DNA of 64,000 nt, from positions 81,685 to 145,684 of the forward strand of contig JBAZKF010000001.1 in NCBI GenBank assembly GCA_041650895.1, written 5' to 3'. Of this stretch, positions 47,555 through 57,471 are shown in pieces. The notes beneath the pieces are model-generated. The model was given only the letters and a program-made list of their open reading frames with translations. It was not told the DNA's origin and ran no database searches. The translations under genes and the position numbers were made by a program. This stretch comes from Patescibacteria group bacterium (GTDB taxonomy: Bacteria; Patescibacteriota; Patescibacteriia; 2-01-FULL-39-33). Positions within the stretch are counted from its first letter, which is position 1. Each line of letters starts with the position of its first letter.

Positions 47555-48001
47555 CTACAAGCCTAATAACTCTCTTTCCAGTGATGTCAATCTATGTTTA
47601 AGGTGGCTATTCCTCTTTATATGACCGCGCAATCGCGGTATCTCTTTCTCTGAAAGAATTTCTATCAAGGAGGGACAACTGCCGGAAACCGACTTCTTCC
47701 CAGAAGGCCATACAAAATCGGCAGTATTCGGGATAAAACCATTCCGGCCATCCTGAGTCAAAACAAGGACCTCCCTGACAACCCCATCTCCGCCCCACCA
47801 GCCGATGCCATAACTGGCGATTGAGGCCAGAATTGAATCATCATAAAATCCCCGAGAATCAAAATCACAGGCCAAGCATACTGAGTGTTCGCGCTTACTG
47901 CTAAGAACTTCATAGCATCTGGCTAAACGCCAACCGGACAAATCCTGCAAATCTGTCAAATCAAGAATGGTTTGTTTAGGTATTACTCGTTTTTTAGGCA
48001 T
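47555..48001 (-). CDS. hypothetical protein (148 aa)
   Basis: ORF only. Bidirectional terminator at 48200-48235 upstream. Confidence 0.4.
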   Translation of the reverse strand: MPKKRVIPKQTILDLTDLQDLSGWRLARCYEVLSSKREHSVCLACDFDSRGFYDDSILASIASYGIGWWGGDGVVREVLVLTQDGRNGFIPNTADFVWPSGKKSVSGSCPSLIEILSEKEIPRLRGHIKRNSHLKHRLTSLERELLGL

Positions 48002-48290
48002 TATTTGTCTCCTTGGGCTTAGCCCGGTCTTTTTACATCGTTTACGTTAATTGGTTTTAATGGACTGTTTAGTTGACACTTTATTATATCATACCATAAA
48101 TATTTTGTCAATAGTGATAATCTCCGATGGACTTCCACCTCAAACCGTGGCATATTCTATTACAGCAGGATATAAAACACGATAAAATTACTTCGGCTAA
48201 AAAACACCTCGGGTCAAGCTATGAGGTGTTTTTTATATAATCGTCCTGCCGAGATAACAAATTACGCCAACGTTCAAGTAGCGTTAATAG

Positions 48291-48947
48291 CTATCTGCGA
48301 ACAAAATTGTCAACAGACGGGTGTTTCTCTAATAACGGCACCAATCCGCTTATTATCTCTAATAATCGTTGCCGAGATTTTATCAGCCGGCCGCCAAAAC
48401 GTTCTTCATAATCAGGAATACCGGCAATAATATTACCAACATCATTAATAGCATTTACAAAATCATACGATGAATTAATTTTGTCAAAAAGCGGATCAAG
48501 ATCAACTAAATATATATGGCTGACTGAATCGCCCTTCTGCTGACCGAAGATATACTGAGAAAAACTATCCACATCGCATAAATACTCTTTGCCGGATTCA
48601 CCTGATTTAATAACATCAAAGTAATAACTGCCCAATGAAAGGATAAGATCATCAAATTCTGAAATAAGCCTTTTTTTATCAGCCGATGACAATGGCGTAG
48701 AGTCTGTTTCATCGACTAACTTGGATAAATTATGGCCTTCCACCTTATTGGCCAGAACAAAAACCGCCGGCCTGTTAGCATTATCCTTACCGACAACAAA
48801 CTGCATTTTGGGCAAGCGAACATGGTAATCATCAGCCAATTCCCTAAACAAATCATTGCCAATATGCGCCTGCTCAACAACGGTCCTGCTAACATCGGCT
48901 TCTTGACTATCAGTATCTCTGTCAAAAGCCATCGCCCTAACAAACAC
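48291..48947 (-). CDS. hypothetical protein, paralog of 49100-49915
   Basis: Shared blocks DYHV(R/K), VNKV.G.NL, YYFD, QY(I/V)(F/Y)G, (I/Y)(Y/M)(L/I)(V/I)D(L/I)(D/E). Confidence 0.45.
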   Translation of the reverse strand: MFVRAMAFDRDTDSQEADVSRTVVEQAHIGNDLFRELADDYHVRLPKMQFVVGKDNANRPAVFVLANKVEGHNLSKLVDETDSTPLSSADKKRLISEFDDLILSLGSYYFDVIKSGESGKEYLCDVDSFSQYIFGQQKGDSVSHIYLVDLDPLFDKINSSYDFVNAINDVGNIIAGIPDYEERFGGRLIKSRQRLLEIISGLVPLLEKHPSVDNFVRR

Positions 48948-49099
48948 CTGATCTTACCCTTGTCTAATTTCTCCTAAATGCAATTCGTTGTACCTTGAGT
49001 GCACAAAATCAACCCTAGCCAAAGGAACCTGATTCTCTCCCTCGTTCCTTGGCAGGCGTCCCCGATACCAATTTACGCTCTCTCTATTTTCCATAATGA

Positions 49100-49915
49100 T
49101 TATAATTCATTCAAATAATCCCGCATATTATTCTTCAAACTCGCATCCGCCACCAGATTAGGCTGCTTCAGAAATTCAGAAATTTTTAATTTGAGTTTTT
49201 CTTTTACCGGACTTAAATCTATCCCTAAATCTTCCTCGATTCCCTTAACGTCATAAACCAGACTACTTAATGCCGCTCGTGATAAATGATCCTGGTTATT
49301 AATGCGAATTTCAATATCAATCATGTAGGGGTGTTTCTCTTTTTCCTGGCCTATACATCCATAAACATACTGTTTGGTTGGAAAAACATCCCAGAATAAC
49401 TCTTGATCAGAGACTAGACAATCAAAATAATAATCAACTAACCCCGACCATGTTTCAATCAAATCTTGCCTCAAGACCTCCGCTTCGTTTGGTGAAATAT
49501 CATCTTTTTTCAACAAATCCAAATTAATACCATTTACTTTATTAACAACCGCGTAAGCGGCTAATTTCCCTTCACTATCATTGCCAATCGCAAAAATGAA
49601 CGGAGCGATTTTGACATGATAATGATCTCTCAAACGTTGAAAAATTTCTTGAGCCTCGTTAAGATTATCCCTAAGATCCGCTAACTCAAAGCGATCATCC
49701 CAACTAGACAAAAGTCTCACAACCGAATCAGAGCCAAGCTCATTTTCTGACATAGTGCCAAAACCCGCATCTACAAAACTATCTAGTTTCGGATTAAGCG
49801 GTATTTCTGAAGTATCTAATTTAGCGAAATCAATTGATTTACGTGTTAAATTTCTCATAATAAATTCAGTCGTATATTTTTTCAGCCGTATTATTTCTGT
49901 GGTTTGTATGCGCAA
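49100..49915 (-). CDS. hypothetical protein, paralog of 48291-48947
   Basis: Same conserved blocks as its neighbour. 271 aa. Confidence 0.45.
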   Translation of the reverse strand: MRIQTTEIIRLKKYTTEFIMRNLTRKSIDFAKLDTSEIPLNPKLDSFVDAGFGTMSENELGSDSVVRLLSSWDDRFELADLRDNLNEAQEIFQRLRDHYHVKIAPFIFAIGNDSEGKLAAYAVVNKVNGINLDLLKKDDISPNEAEVLRQDLIETWSGLVDYYFDCLVSDQELFWDVFPTKQYVYGCIGQEKEKHPYMIDIEIRINNQDHLSRAALSSLVYDVKGIEEDLGIDLSPVKEKLKLKISEFLKQPNLVADASLKNNMRDYLNEL

Positions 49916-49918
49916 TGA

Positions 49919-51205
49919 TTACTTCAGCCAACTGTCATCTTGCCTGACTAATAATTCTTTAGCCAAGGACAAATCAGCTAAAATAATCTTAACCGTTTTC
50001 TCCATACGCATGCCTTGCGACCCCTTGATCAGCACCAGATCTCCGGCATTAAGTTCTTTGAGTAAATAGTCACCTGCTTCTTCGCTATCAACAAATTTAA
50101 TCACATGCTTCCTACTAAATCCGGCTTCTATGGCCGCCTCGGCGATAATTTTGACCCTATCGCCGACCACGATCAGCAAGTCAATTCCCTCCTGCGCCAC
50201 AGTCTGACCGACTAAACGATGTCCCTTATCCTCAAAGTCTCCCAGCTCCAGCATATCGCCCAATACCGCGATTTTCCGCCCATTAGCCGGCAATTTACCA
50301 AGCACCTGAACCGCCGCCACCGTCGGTTCGGGACTGGCATTATAAGTATCATCAATAATCAATGAATCCCTGACACCTTCAATGAGTCGCATGCGTCCGG
50401 AAGGCGCACGAAAACTCTGCAGGGCCTCGGTTATTTCCACTAAATTCAAGCCCATGATTATGCCGACCGCTACTGCGGCCAAAGCGCCATAAATCAAATG
50501 TTCGCCTAAAACCTCAGGCAGAAACACCGGCACCACCTTGCCATCGTAAGACAGCTTAAAACTAACACCTTGCAAATCGTTTTTCTGGCTTAGCAGAGTA
50601 ACGTCATGCGCCCGCACCGCCGCTTCGGAACTAAAGCCGTAAGTCAAGAATCTGCCTTTAACGTTATTTTTTAACTTAGCCGTGTGTTCATTATCGGCGT
50701 TTAAAACCCCCCAGCCTCCGGCGCGCAATCGTTCTACCAATATTCCCTTCTCGTGAGCGATGTTTTCTATGGTTTTAAAATATTCCAAATGCACCGGGCC
50801 GATATTGGTAATAACGCCAATATCCGGTTTCGCCAATCTGACCAGATACGCCATATCGCCCGGCCGATCAACTCCCATTTCCAAAATCAACGCCTCGGGA
50901 AAAGTTTTGTCATCAATCACCCACAGCTTAACGGCATTAAAAAACAGCTTCAGCCAGCCAAGCAAATTACCACCGGGCGACAGCTCGCCCAAAATCGTCA
51001 ACGGCAAACCGATTTCATTATTATAATTCTTGATATTTTGCCGGACACGAAATTTGTCCTTAAGTACGGTAAAAATCGCCTCTTTGGTTGAGGATTTACC
51101 GATGGAACCGGTTACGCCGATAACTTTCGGCTCATATTTATTCAAGACGGCTCGCGCCAAAACAAATAATATTCTTTGTAAGATTTTTTTCAAGAAAGAT
51201 TTCAT
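49919..51205 (-). CDS. murF: UDP-N-acetylmuramoyl-tripeptide--D-alanyl-D-alanine ligase
   Basis: Mur ligase P-loop GVTGSIGKSSTKE. DDTYNASP motif typical of MurF. Located downstream of ftsI. Confidence 0.8.
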   Translation of the reverse strand: MKSFLKKILQRILFVLARAVLNKYEPKVIGVTGSIGKSSTKEAIFTVLKDKFRVRQNIKNYNNEIGLPLTILGELSPGGNLLGWLKLFFNAVKLWVIDDKTFPEALILEMGVDRPGDMAYLVRLAKPDIGVITNIGPVHLEYFKTIENIAHEKGILVERLRAGGWGVLNADNEHTAKLKNNVKGRFLTYGFSSEAAVRAHDVTLLSQKNDLQGVSFKLSYDGKVVPVFLPEVLGEHLIYGALAAVAVGIIMGLNLVEITEALQSFRAPSGRMRLIEGVRDSLIIDDTYNASPEPTVAAVQVLGKLPANGRKIAVLGDMLELGDFEDKGHRLVGQTVAQEGIDLLIVVGDRVKIIAEAAIEAGFSRKHVIKFVDSEEAGDYLLKELNAGDLVLIKGSQGMRMEKTVKIILADLSLAKELLVRQDDSWLK

Positions 51206-51275
51206 AATTTAAGCGGGATCTGCGATTTATCTTTGAATTAACACTTAATACAGGATATAAACAACATATCATGGA

Positions 51276-53132
51276 CTACTTGTCGTGTGGTACATTATAA
51301 TACTCCAGAGCGAATTTGGCAACCTCCGTAAAAACCGGCGCCGCCACTGTCTCGCCCAGCCGGCCCTCAATCGGCTCGTCTACACGGACAAAAATAGCAA
51401 TGCGCGGGTTCTCAAACGGCGCAAAGCCGACAAAGGAGCCGATAATGCTGTCATCTGATTTATAACCGCCGCGCATGTCCGGCACTTGCGCCGTACCGGT
51501 TTTTCCGCCTACGCGCCAACCGGGAATCTGCGCTTTCTTGGCATGGCCGTTCTCCACCACCGACACCAACATGCCTTTCATCAGAAGAGAAGTTTTGGGC
51601 GAAATCACTTGTTTGATTTCTTGCGGTTGGATCTGTTTGGTTTGGCCGTCAATAACTATCTGATCAACCACGTACGGTTTCATTAATTTGCCGCCGTTTA
51701 TAATCGCCGAAAAGGCAGTAATCATCTGAATTGGCGTCACACTGATGCCTTGGCCGAAGGTAGCGGTAGCCGTATTTATTTCCCCTTTGCGACTCAAGTT
51801 GGAGATATTGCCGGTAGTTTCTTTAAACAAATCAATGCCGGTAAAATCGCCAAAACCGAAAGCTTTAACATATTGAGTAAAAACCTTGGTCGTCATTTGA
51901 CGCATGGCGAAGATTACGCCGGTATTGATGGAATACTCCAGAACATTGGTCATGGTGGACAAACCGTAAGATTTATTTTCAAAATTCCTAATCTTATAAT
52001 CGGTATAGTCCACTACGCCGGTATCCGTATAAGTCGTTGACGGAAGAACAGCGCCGGAATCAATGGCCGCGGCCATGGTAACAGCCTTAAAAATAGAACC
52101 CGGCTCATAGGAGTCATTAATCGCTTTAACGTTATAAACTGAGGCATCTTCAACCCTATTATACTCGTTAGGATCATAATCGGGAAAACTGCACATGGCC
52201 AGAATTTTTCCGCTGAACGGATCCATCACGATGATAGAACCGCTTTTTGATTTGTGCTGATCCAAAGACTTCTTTAATGATTGACAAGCTTGGTATTGCA
52301 AGGGGCGGTTAATAGTCAAAATTAAATTGGCGCCATCCACTTTTTCCCTTAGATAGTTTTTACCTAAAGCGATGACATTGCCCAAAACATCCTGTTCGGA
52401 AAAAATTTCACCGGCTCGGCCGGCCAGCAACTGATCGTAATAGCCTTCCAAACCATACTTACCGCTACGATCATTGCCGTCGTAGCCCAAAAAGCCGAAC
52501 AATTGTCCGCCTAAAGATTTTTCCGTATAAAAACGATAACTCTTTTCGTTAAAACCGATGCCTTTAAATTGCAATTCTTTCAACATCTCAAAAACACTGT
52601 CTTCCAAACGTTCCCGCACTAAAAAATATGATTTTTCTTTTTGATTGAAAACATTGATCAATTCGTTCTTAGTCGCATCTCTGATTGTTTGTTCGGCGTA
52701 CTTGTCCAAATCAGAAAAATCGGTAGAGGTGGCGTTGCCACGGAGCCGTTCGGCTAAGTCCTGAGCCGCTTGCCGGTCATCTTCGCTCAAACCTAGGATT
52801 TCAAGCAGTTTCTCCGCGGTAGTGGTGGCATCAACTATTTCTTTGGGTATGGCATAAATGACGTGCATCGTACGATTAGTGACCAACGGATAAGAAATAT
52901 TTTTATCGCCCGTCTTCTCCTGAACCAGGATGGAACCGCGTTCGGGGAATAATTTTTTGTAGATTTCATGCTGGTCGGCGGCCAGCGCGGTATAAAAAGC
53001 GCCGCGCAGGATCTGCACATCAAACAATCTTCCCATCAAAACAACGCCGACAATCAAAAAAACAACCGACAGTACGGTAATACGTCCGCGGTTGTCAGAA
53101 ACTTTGGTTTTGGGATGCTGATAAACTGTCAT
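51276..53132 (-). CDS. ftsI: penicillin-binding protein 2 / FtsI (peptidoglycan D,D-transpeptidase)
   Basis: N-terminal membrane anchor and dimerisation domain. Transpeptidase motifs SxxK (within SGSIIVMDPFSGKILAMCSF), SxN, and KTGTAQ. Confidence 0.9.
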   Translation of the reverse strand: MTVYQHPKTKVSDNRGRITVLSVVFLIVGVVLMGRLFDVQILRGAFYTALAADQHEIYKKLFPERGSILVQEKTGDKNISYPLVTNRTMHVIYAIPKEIVDATTTAEKLLEILGLSEDDRQAAQDLAERLRGNATSTDFSDLDKYAEQTIRDATKNELINVFNQKEKSYFLVRERLEDSVFEMLKELQFKGIGFNEKSYRFYTEKSLGGQLFGFLGYDGNDRSGKYGLEGYYDQLLAGRAGEIFSEQDVLGNVIALGKNYLREKVDGANLILTINRPLQYQACQSLKKSLDQHKSKSGSIIVMDPFSGKILAMCSFPDYDPNEYNRVEDASVYNVKAINDSYEPGSIFKAVTMAAAIDSGAVLPSTTYTDTGVVDYTDYKIRNFENKSYGLSTMTNVLEYSINTGVIFAMRQMTTKVFTQYVKAFGFGDFTGIDLFKETTGNISNLSRKGEINTATATFGQGISVTPIQMITAFSAIINGGKLMKPYVVDQIVIDGQTKQIQPQEIKQVISPKTSLLMKGMLVSVVENGHAKKAQIPGWRVGGKTGTAQVPDMRGGYKSDDSIIGSFVGFAPFENPRIAIFVRVDEPIEGRLGETVAAPVFTEVAKFALEYYNVPHDK

Positions 53133-53155
53133 ATCCGTCGAATACCGTGAACTGG

Positions 53156-53530
53156 CTAACGTTTAGCTATCTGATTAGATGTTCTTACCATGACGATTTC
53201 CGGACTGCCGGCTGGGACCAAGTTAAAATCAACGGCCGAGGCGGTTATTTGATCCATGGACTGCAATTTCAAGTAATTAATGGTCAACCGCCCGTTTTCT
53301 GACTGCAGTTTGGTGATGCCATTTTCCAAATCTTTGATTTGATAACCGATGGTAGCGGTCAAATTAGTCTGAGTCAAATAAACAATGCCCAGAATCGCGG
53401 CTACGACATATATTCCTATTAGAGAACGTTTGCCCGTCAAGCTATTCCAAACCTGCAAACGCCAGTTAATTTTGGTTTTAAGTTCTTTAAAGTGATGATT
53501 GCATTTTTCTTTTTTCCAAAATTTGCACAT
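53156..53530 (-). CDS. ftsL: cell division protein FtsL-like
   Basis: Small bitopic protein with one transmembrane helix (LIGIYVVAAILGIVYL) plus a coiled coil, between rsmH and ftsI. Confidence 0.5.
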   Translation of the reverse strand: MCKFWKKEKCNHHFKELKTKINWRLQVWNSLTGKRSLIGIYVVAAILGIVYLTQTNLTATIGYQIKDLENGITKLQSENGRLTINYLKLQSMDQITASAVDFNLVPAGSPEIVMVRTSNQIAKR

Positions 53531-53578
53531 AGGGTTGTATATTTAATTTAAATTTAAATATTAGCGATGGCCCGCACT

Positions 53579-54466
53579 TTAAATTCTTTCTACGACTCTC
53601 AATTTGGCGGAGCGGCTCCGCGGATTGTTGGCTGTTTCCTCTGCCCCGGCTTCTACCGGCTTTCGGGTGATAATCTTGATTCGTGGCGCCTCACTGCCGG
53701 CCATGTCTTTAAAAAATCTCTTGACCAGGCGATCCTCGCCCGAATGAAAGGAAATAACGGCTAATCGTCCGCCCGACGACAAGAGATCAATGGCCTGAGG
53801 CAAAGTGGCAACAATATTGCCGAATTCATCATTGACCGCTATGCGCAAGGCCTGAAAGACTCGCGTAGCCGGATGCTTTTTGGACGGCGTCTTGAATTTT
53901 TTCTGGTAAATGCCGGAAACGACTTCCACCAAGGTTTCTACTGTTTCTATTTTCAGGCCCTGCTGACGCGTGGCGATTATCTCGCGCGCGATCGGCTTAG
54001 CCAACGGCTCTTCGCCATAATCGGTAAAAATCCTGATTAATTCCGCTTCGCTTGAATTGTTGATCAATTCGGCGGCGCTTTGGCCGGCCGTCGGATTAAA
54101 ACGCAAGTCCAACGCGCCCGTTGACCGGAAGCTGAAACCGCGCTCATCATCGGCCAACTGATCGGACGAAAGCCCCAAGTCCAACAAAATGCCTTTAATC
54201 GAACCGAGGTCCGGAATCTCGCTGACAATTCTTTTTAAGTTGCGATAATTATTATTAACCAAAATAAGATTTCCATTGGCGCTGTCTTGAATCGTTTCGG
54301 CATCCCAGTCAATCCCCAATACCTTGCCTCCAGGCTTGATCAGTTCCAAAATCGCCAGAGAGTGACCGCCGCCGCCAAAAGTGCAATCAATAAAGTTGTC
54401 GCCCGGCTGAGGATTAAGATAGTGCAAGACTTCCTTAAGCAAAACCGGTTCATGAATGGAGGGCAT
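53579..54466 (-). CDS. rsmH: 16S rRNA (cytosine1402-N4)-methyltransferase
   Basis: MPSIHEPVLLKEVLHYLNPQPGDNFIDCTFGGGGHS is canonical. Confidence 0.95.
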   Translation of the reverse strand: MPSIHEPVLLKEVLHYLNPQPGDNFIDCTFGGGGHSLAILELIKPGGKVLGIDWDAETIQDSANGNLILVNNNYRNLKRIVSEIPDLGSIKGILLDLGLSSDQLADDERGFSFRSTGALDLRFNPTAGQSAAELINNSSEAELIRIFTDYGEEPLAKPIAREIIATRQQGLKIETVETLVEVVSGIYQKKFKTPSKKHPATRVFQALRIAVNDEFGNIVATLPQAIDLLSSGGRLAVISFHSGEDRLVKRFFKDMAGSEAPRIKIITRKPVEAGAEETANNPRSRSAKLRVVERI

Positions 54467-54522
54467 AACTGGTAGCCACAGTATGTGGCTTATGACTTAT
54501 GATTAATGCTGATTGTTAATGA

Positions 54523-54969
54523 TTATGATTTGAGATCATGCAAGGCTTCGGCGATCTCGTTGTAGCTCTTTTCTGTTTCCGCCTGATAACTGTTCCACCT
54601 GGCTTCATCCCAAATTTCCAAACGGTTATACAGTCCGGCAATAACCACGTTTTTACTCAAACCGGCGAAACGACGCAAATAGTCGGGAAGAATTATACGT
54701 CCTTGCTTGTCAAATTCCACTTCGGCGGCGCCCGCCAACATGGAACGGGAAAAGGCGCGATTGCCGGATTTGTCTATGGGCAGATCAGCAATACCTTCAG
54801 CCATCTTCTGCCATTCCTTCTGCGGATACAGAAACAAGCAGTTATCCAACCCCTTGGTTACAACGGCTTTCTTGAGTTCAGGACGAAACTTAGCGGGCAC
54901 AGCAACGCGTCCCTTGTCGTCCAAGTTATGATTGTATTGACCGATGAACATAAATAAAAACTTTCTCAA
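54523..54969 (-). CDS. mraZ: transcriptional regulator MraZ
   Basis: MFIGQYNHNLDDKGRVAVPAKFR is canonical. 148 aa. Duplicated MraZ domain. Confidence 0.95.
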   Translation of the reverse strand: MRKFLFMFIGQYNHNLDDKGRVAVPAKFRPELKKAVVTKGLDNCLFLYPQKEWQKMAEGIADLPIDKSGNRAFSRSMLAGAAEVEFDKQGRIILPDYLRRFAGLSKNVVIAGLYNRLEIWDEARWNSYQAETEKSYNEIAEALHDLKS

Positions 54970-54989
54970 TTGTGGTTTTTGCTAATTAT

Positions 54990-55051
54990 ATTTCACCACA
55001 TTTCACCACTCTGATATAATTATACACCACTTAGCACCACCAAGCAACCAC
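54990..55051 (-). promoter_or_regulatory. MraZ operator array overlapping the mraZ promoter
   Basis: On the minus strand GTGGTG occurs at 10-bp phase. Its complement caccac on the plus strand sits at 54994, 55004, 55025, 55035 and 55045. The array spans a TATAAT -10 element (within 55011-55026). Confidence 0.55.
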
Positions 55052-55187
55052 AATTCAACATTTTATTGCAATAAAAAAATAGCCAATTTTAGCTATTTTT
55101 AAGTAATATTTTTTAATATTTTTCAGGCGGTGGATAACTTTTTTGCTTAATGAAAATTAACTAAAAAACTTATCCACAACTGGCCGA

Positions 55188-55601
55188 TTATTTGGCTTTT
55201 GCCTTAGTAATATTGGGTTCGCGATCATAGTAAGGCAACACGATTTGCGACGGTTTGACCCCCTTAAGCCGTTCCTGTATCTTAGTCACCAACTCCCTGG
55301 CCGAAGAAAACTCGTCAACCTTAACGCCGGCAATAGGCAAATTACGGCCAAAGGCCAAAGCATTGGCTACGGCCACGCCGATACGCACCGAAGTAAACCC
55401 GCCGGGCCCGACGACCACGCCAATCCCCCTTAATTTGTCCCAGGCAATCTTATTGGCTGTTAAATAAGCGGCGATAGCCGGCACCAATTTTTCCGAATGA
55501 TGAAATTTGCCCGTCACCTTTTTGCGCTTGAAGTCATCGCGATTGCGCGCTAAAAACAACTCAAAATGATCGGCGGGAGTCGTGTTAATAATAAGAATCA
55601 T
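55188..55601 (-). CDS. tsaB: tRNA threonylcarbamoyladenosine biosynthesis protein TsaB, short form
   Basis: MILIINTTPADHFELFL...GIGVVVGPGGFTSVRIGVAVANALAF matches the TsaB/YeaZ N-domain. Only 137 aa. Confidence 0.7.
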   Translation of the reverse strand: MILIINTTPADHFELFLARNRDDFKRKKVTGKFHHSEKLVPAIAAYLTANKIAWDKLRGIGVVVGPGGFTSVRIGVAVANALAFGRNLPIAGVKVDEFSSARELVTKIQERLKGVKPSQIVLPYYDREPNITKAKAK

Positions 55602-55619
55602 AGTTAAAATTTTATTGCA

Positions 55620-56012
55620 TTAATCGTTAATCAGCTTCTGCCTCTTTCTCCGACGCCAATTAACCAAAAACAAGATCCCCACTAAAAACGCCCCGCCGGA
55701 AATTTCCAACATCCAGAACAACATATACCACTCGAAAGGGTTGTTAAGCACCATGGCAATGTATGTCAGTCCAAACAGGACAAAAACAATCCCGCCGACT
55801 ATCTCGTATTTCCAAGAAACGATAATGATCGCCAAAAGGATTAAGGCCGGGATATTGTGTATCAACAGGCCGAGTACCGTCGGCCAAAATCGCAGCCCCA
55901 TAGAGAAGATATCCAAAGAAAACAGGGCCAGAAAGCCGACAAACAGCAACCCCAAAATCCTGGGTAACCAATAGATTAACTGATTGATTACTTTGTTTTT
56001 TTCTAATGACAT
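55620..56012 (-). CDS. membrane protein, hypothetical (130 aa)
   Basis: Four hydrophobic helices. Shares an identical 5' UTR and MSL start with 56195-56428. Confidence 0.45.
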   Translation of the reverse strand: MSLEKNKVINQLIYWLPRILGLLFVGFLALFSLDIFSMGLRFWPTVLGLLIHNIPALILLAIIIVSWKYEIVGGIVFVLFGLTYIAMVLNNPFEWYMLFWMLEISGGAFLVGILFLVNWRRRKRQKLIND

Positions 56013-56194
56013 AGGATTTGAGTTATTAATAAAAAAAATTAAAGGCCAACTCTTAATTTTACTTTATTAAAAAGTCATAATTTTTAGGTTTTACTTCATG
56101 ATGAGGTAGGGGTTCCAGACGTAGGGTTTCCATAGCGATTTAAATTAATTTAATAATTAAAAGCTGACGTTTCGTCATAATGTGGCACAAATAA

Positions 56195-56428
56195 TCATCC
56201 GACATTAACCAATGCGCCTACGGCAACAACCGTTAAAATCAAAATACCGATACCCAACAAGAAAGATAGAATACAGGCGATTAGCCAAATATTATTAATC
56301 TTTATGTTTTGCTCTCGGCCCAATATCTTCCTAAACAACATAACCACTCCCCAGGCCAATACAAACAAAAATAACAAAATAATCGCCCAAAAAATTGCTT
56401 TTATCACTAACGCCGGTATTAATGACAT
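56195..56428 (-). CDS. small membrane protein, hypothetical (77 aa)
   Basis: Two hydrophobic helices. Duplicated promoter-start module. Confidence 0.4.
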   Translation of the reverse strand: MSLIPALVIKAIFWAIILLFLFVLAWGVVMLFRKILGREQNIKINNIWLIACILSFLLGIGILILTVVAVGALVNVG

Positions 56429-56613
56429 AGGATTTGAGTTATTAATAAAAGTTTTAGTTATTAATTGACAATAGAAATAGACTCAAAAACATTACCTTAT
56501 TCTAGCTATTTTTACTTCAAGTATTAACAAAATAATAATTATGCGCTAATTTATCAATTATAAGTTACGAAACAATGCGATAGGAGTAGTACAGCCAGAA
56601 AAGGAGAAAAGCG

Positions 56614-56814
56614 ATGGATCAACATAGGCACGAGTTTGGAGAGAATTTAGATCCTCATTGCAGTTGTGGCGTGGTACTCTGTGGCTCTACTAGTCCTGAT
56701 AAAAATTTTGCATGTAATTTGCGTAGAGGGCATGTAGGACCATGTGTAAACACCATTTACCCACAGAATGGAATATGGGATAAAACCACGCCCCAGAATA
56801 CTCCCCAGGAATAA
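56614..56814 (+). CDS. small Cys/His-rich protein (66 aa)
   Basis: Strong Shine-Dalgarno AAAAGGAG. CSCGVVLCGS...CNLRRGHVGPC. Confidence 0.4.
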   Translation: MDQHRHEFGENLDPHCSCGVVLCGSTSPDKNFACNLRRGHVGPCVNTIYPQNGIWDKTTPQNTPQE

Positions 56815-56973
56815 AGCCTGGGAACAAAAGAAACCTGTCCGAGTCCCAAGTATGACTTAAAACTGCTTTTTTATTTTGCCAGCAGGCAGAATATTGGCTA
56901 ACAAGTCAATAAAACAAATACTTTTAGGAAACGGGGAAGAAGTAATGCCTCCCCCTAAAATCAATGAGCTAGT

Positions 56974-57252
56974 TCAAATAACGGTGAAGTCGATTTTGAA
57001 AACAATGAGTTCCTCCATGACACGATCCAGAGCCTCTTTCGGGATTACAAGTGTTAGGCCGTTATTTTCCCATCGCTTTGGCATACCCAAAAGGTCGCGC
57101 CTTACCCACTGCTGGTGGAGTATACCATCAACTTCTTCTGGGTGTTCTACTTTGTGAGCATCATCAAGACTTTTGAAGTTTAATCTGACTACGTCTGCGT
57201 CAAGTTTACGGTTTCTCCATTCTGATGAATAACCAATTCTCGACTCGTCCAT
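56974..57252 (-). CDS. hypothetical protein (92 aa)
   Basis: Shine-Dalgarno GGAGGTG upstream. No motif. Confidence 0.4.
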   Translation of the reverse strand: MDESRIGYSSEWRNRKLDADVVRLNFKSLDDAHKVEHPEEVDGILHQQWVRRDLLGMPKRWENNGLTLVIPKEALDRVMEELIVFKIDFTVI

Positions 57253-57471
57253 GTTTCACCTCCTCTTTAGTTGGTAGTTTCCTAAAAATATTTGTTTTAA
57301 AGAGCAATATTTCCAATAACATACCGACGTATCTGATGTTAACTTGATTAACCCTGTAACATAGTGAAGGAGTAACAAAAGTTAATTTGGGCAGAAGCTA
57401 AAAAATTGTTTCTTATTGGGCCGTAGCCAGATGCGCCACGTTGTCGGATGTAAATTTTAATTTTCTTAAAA

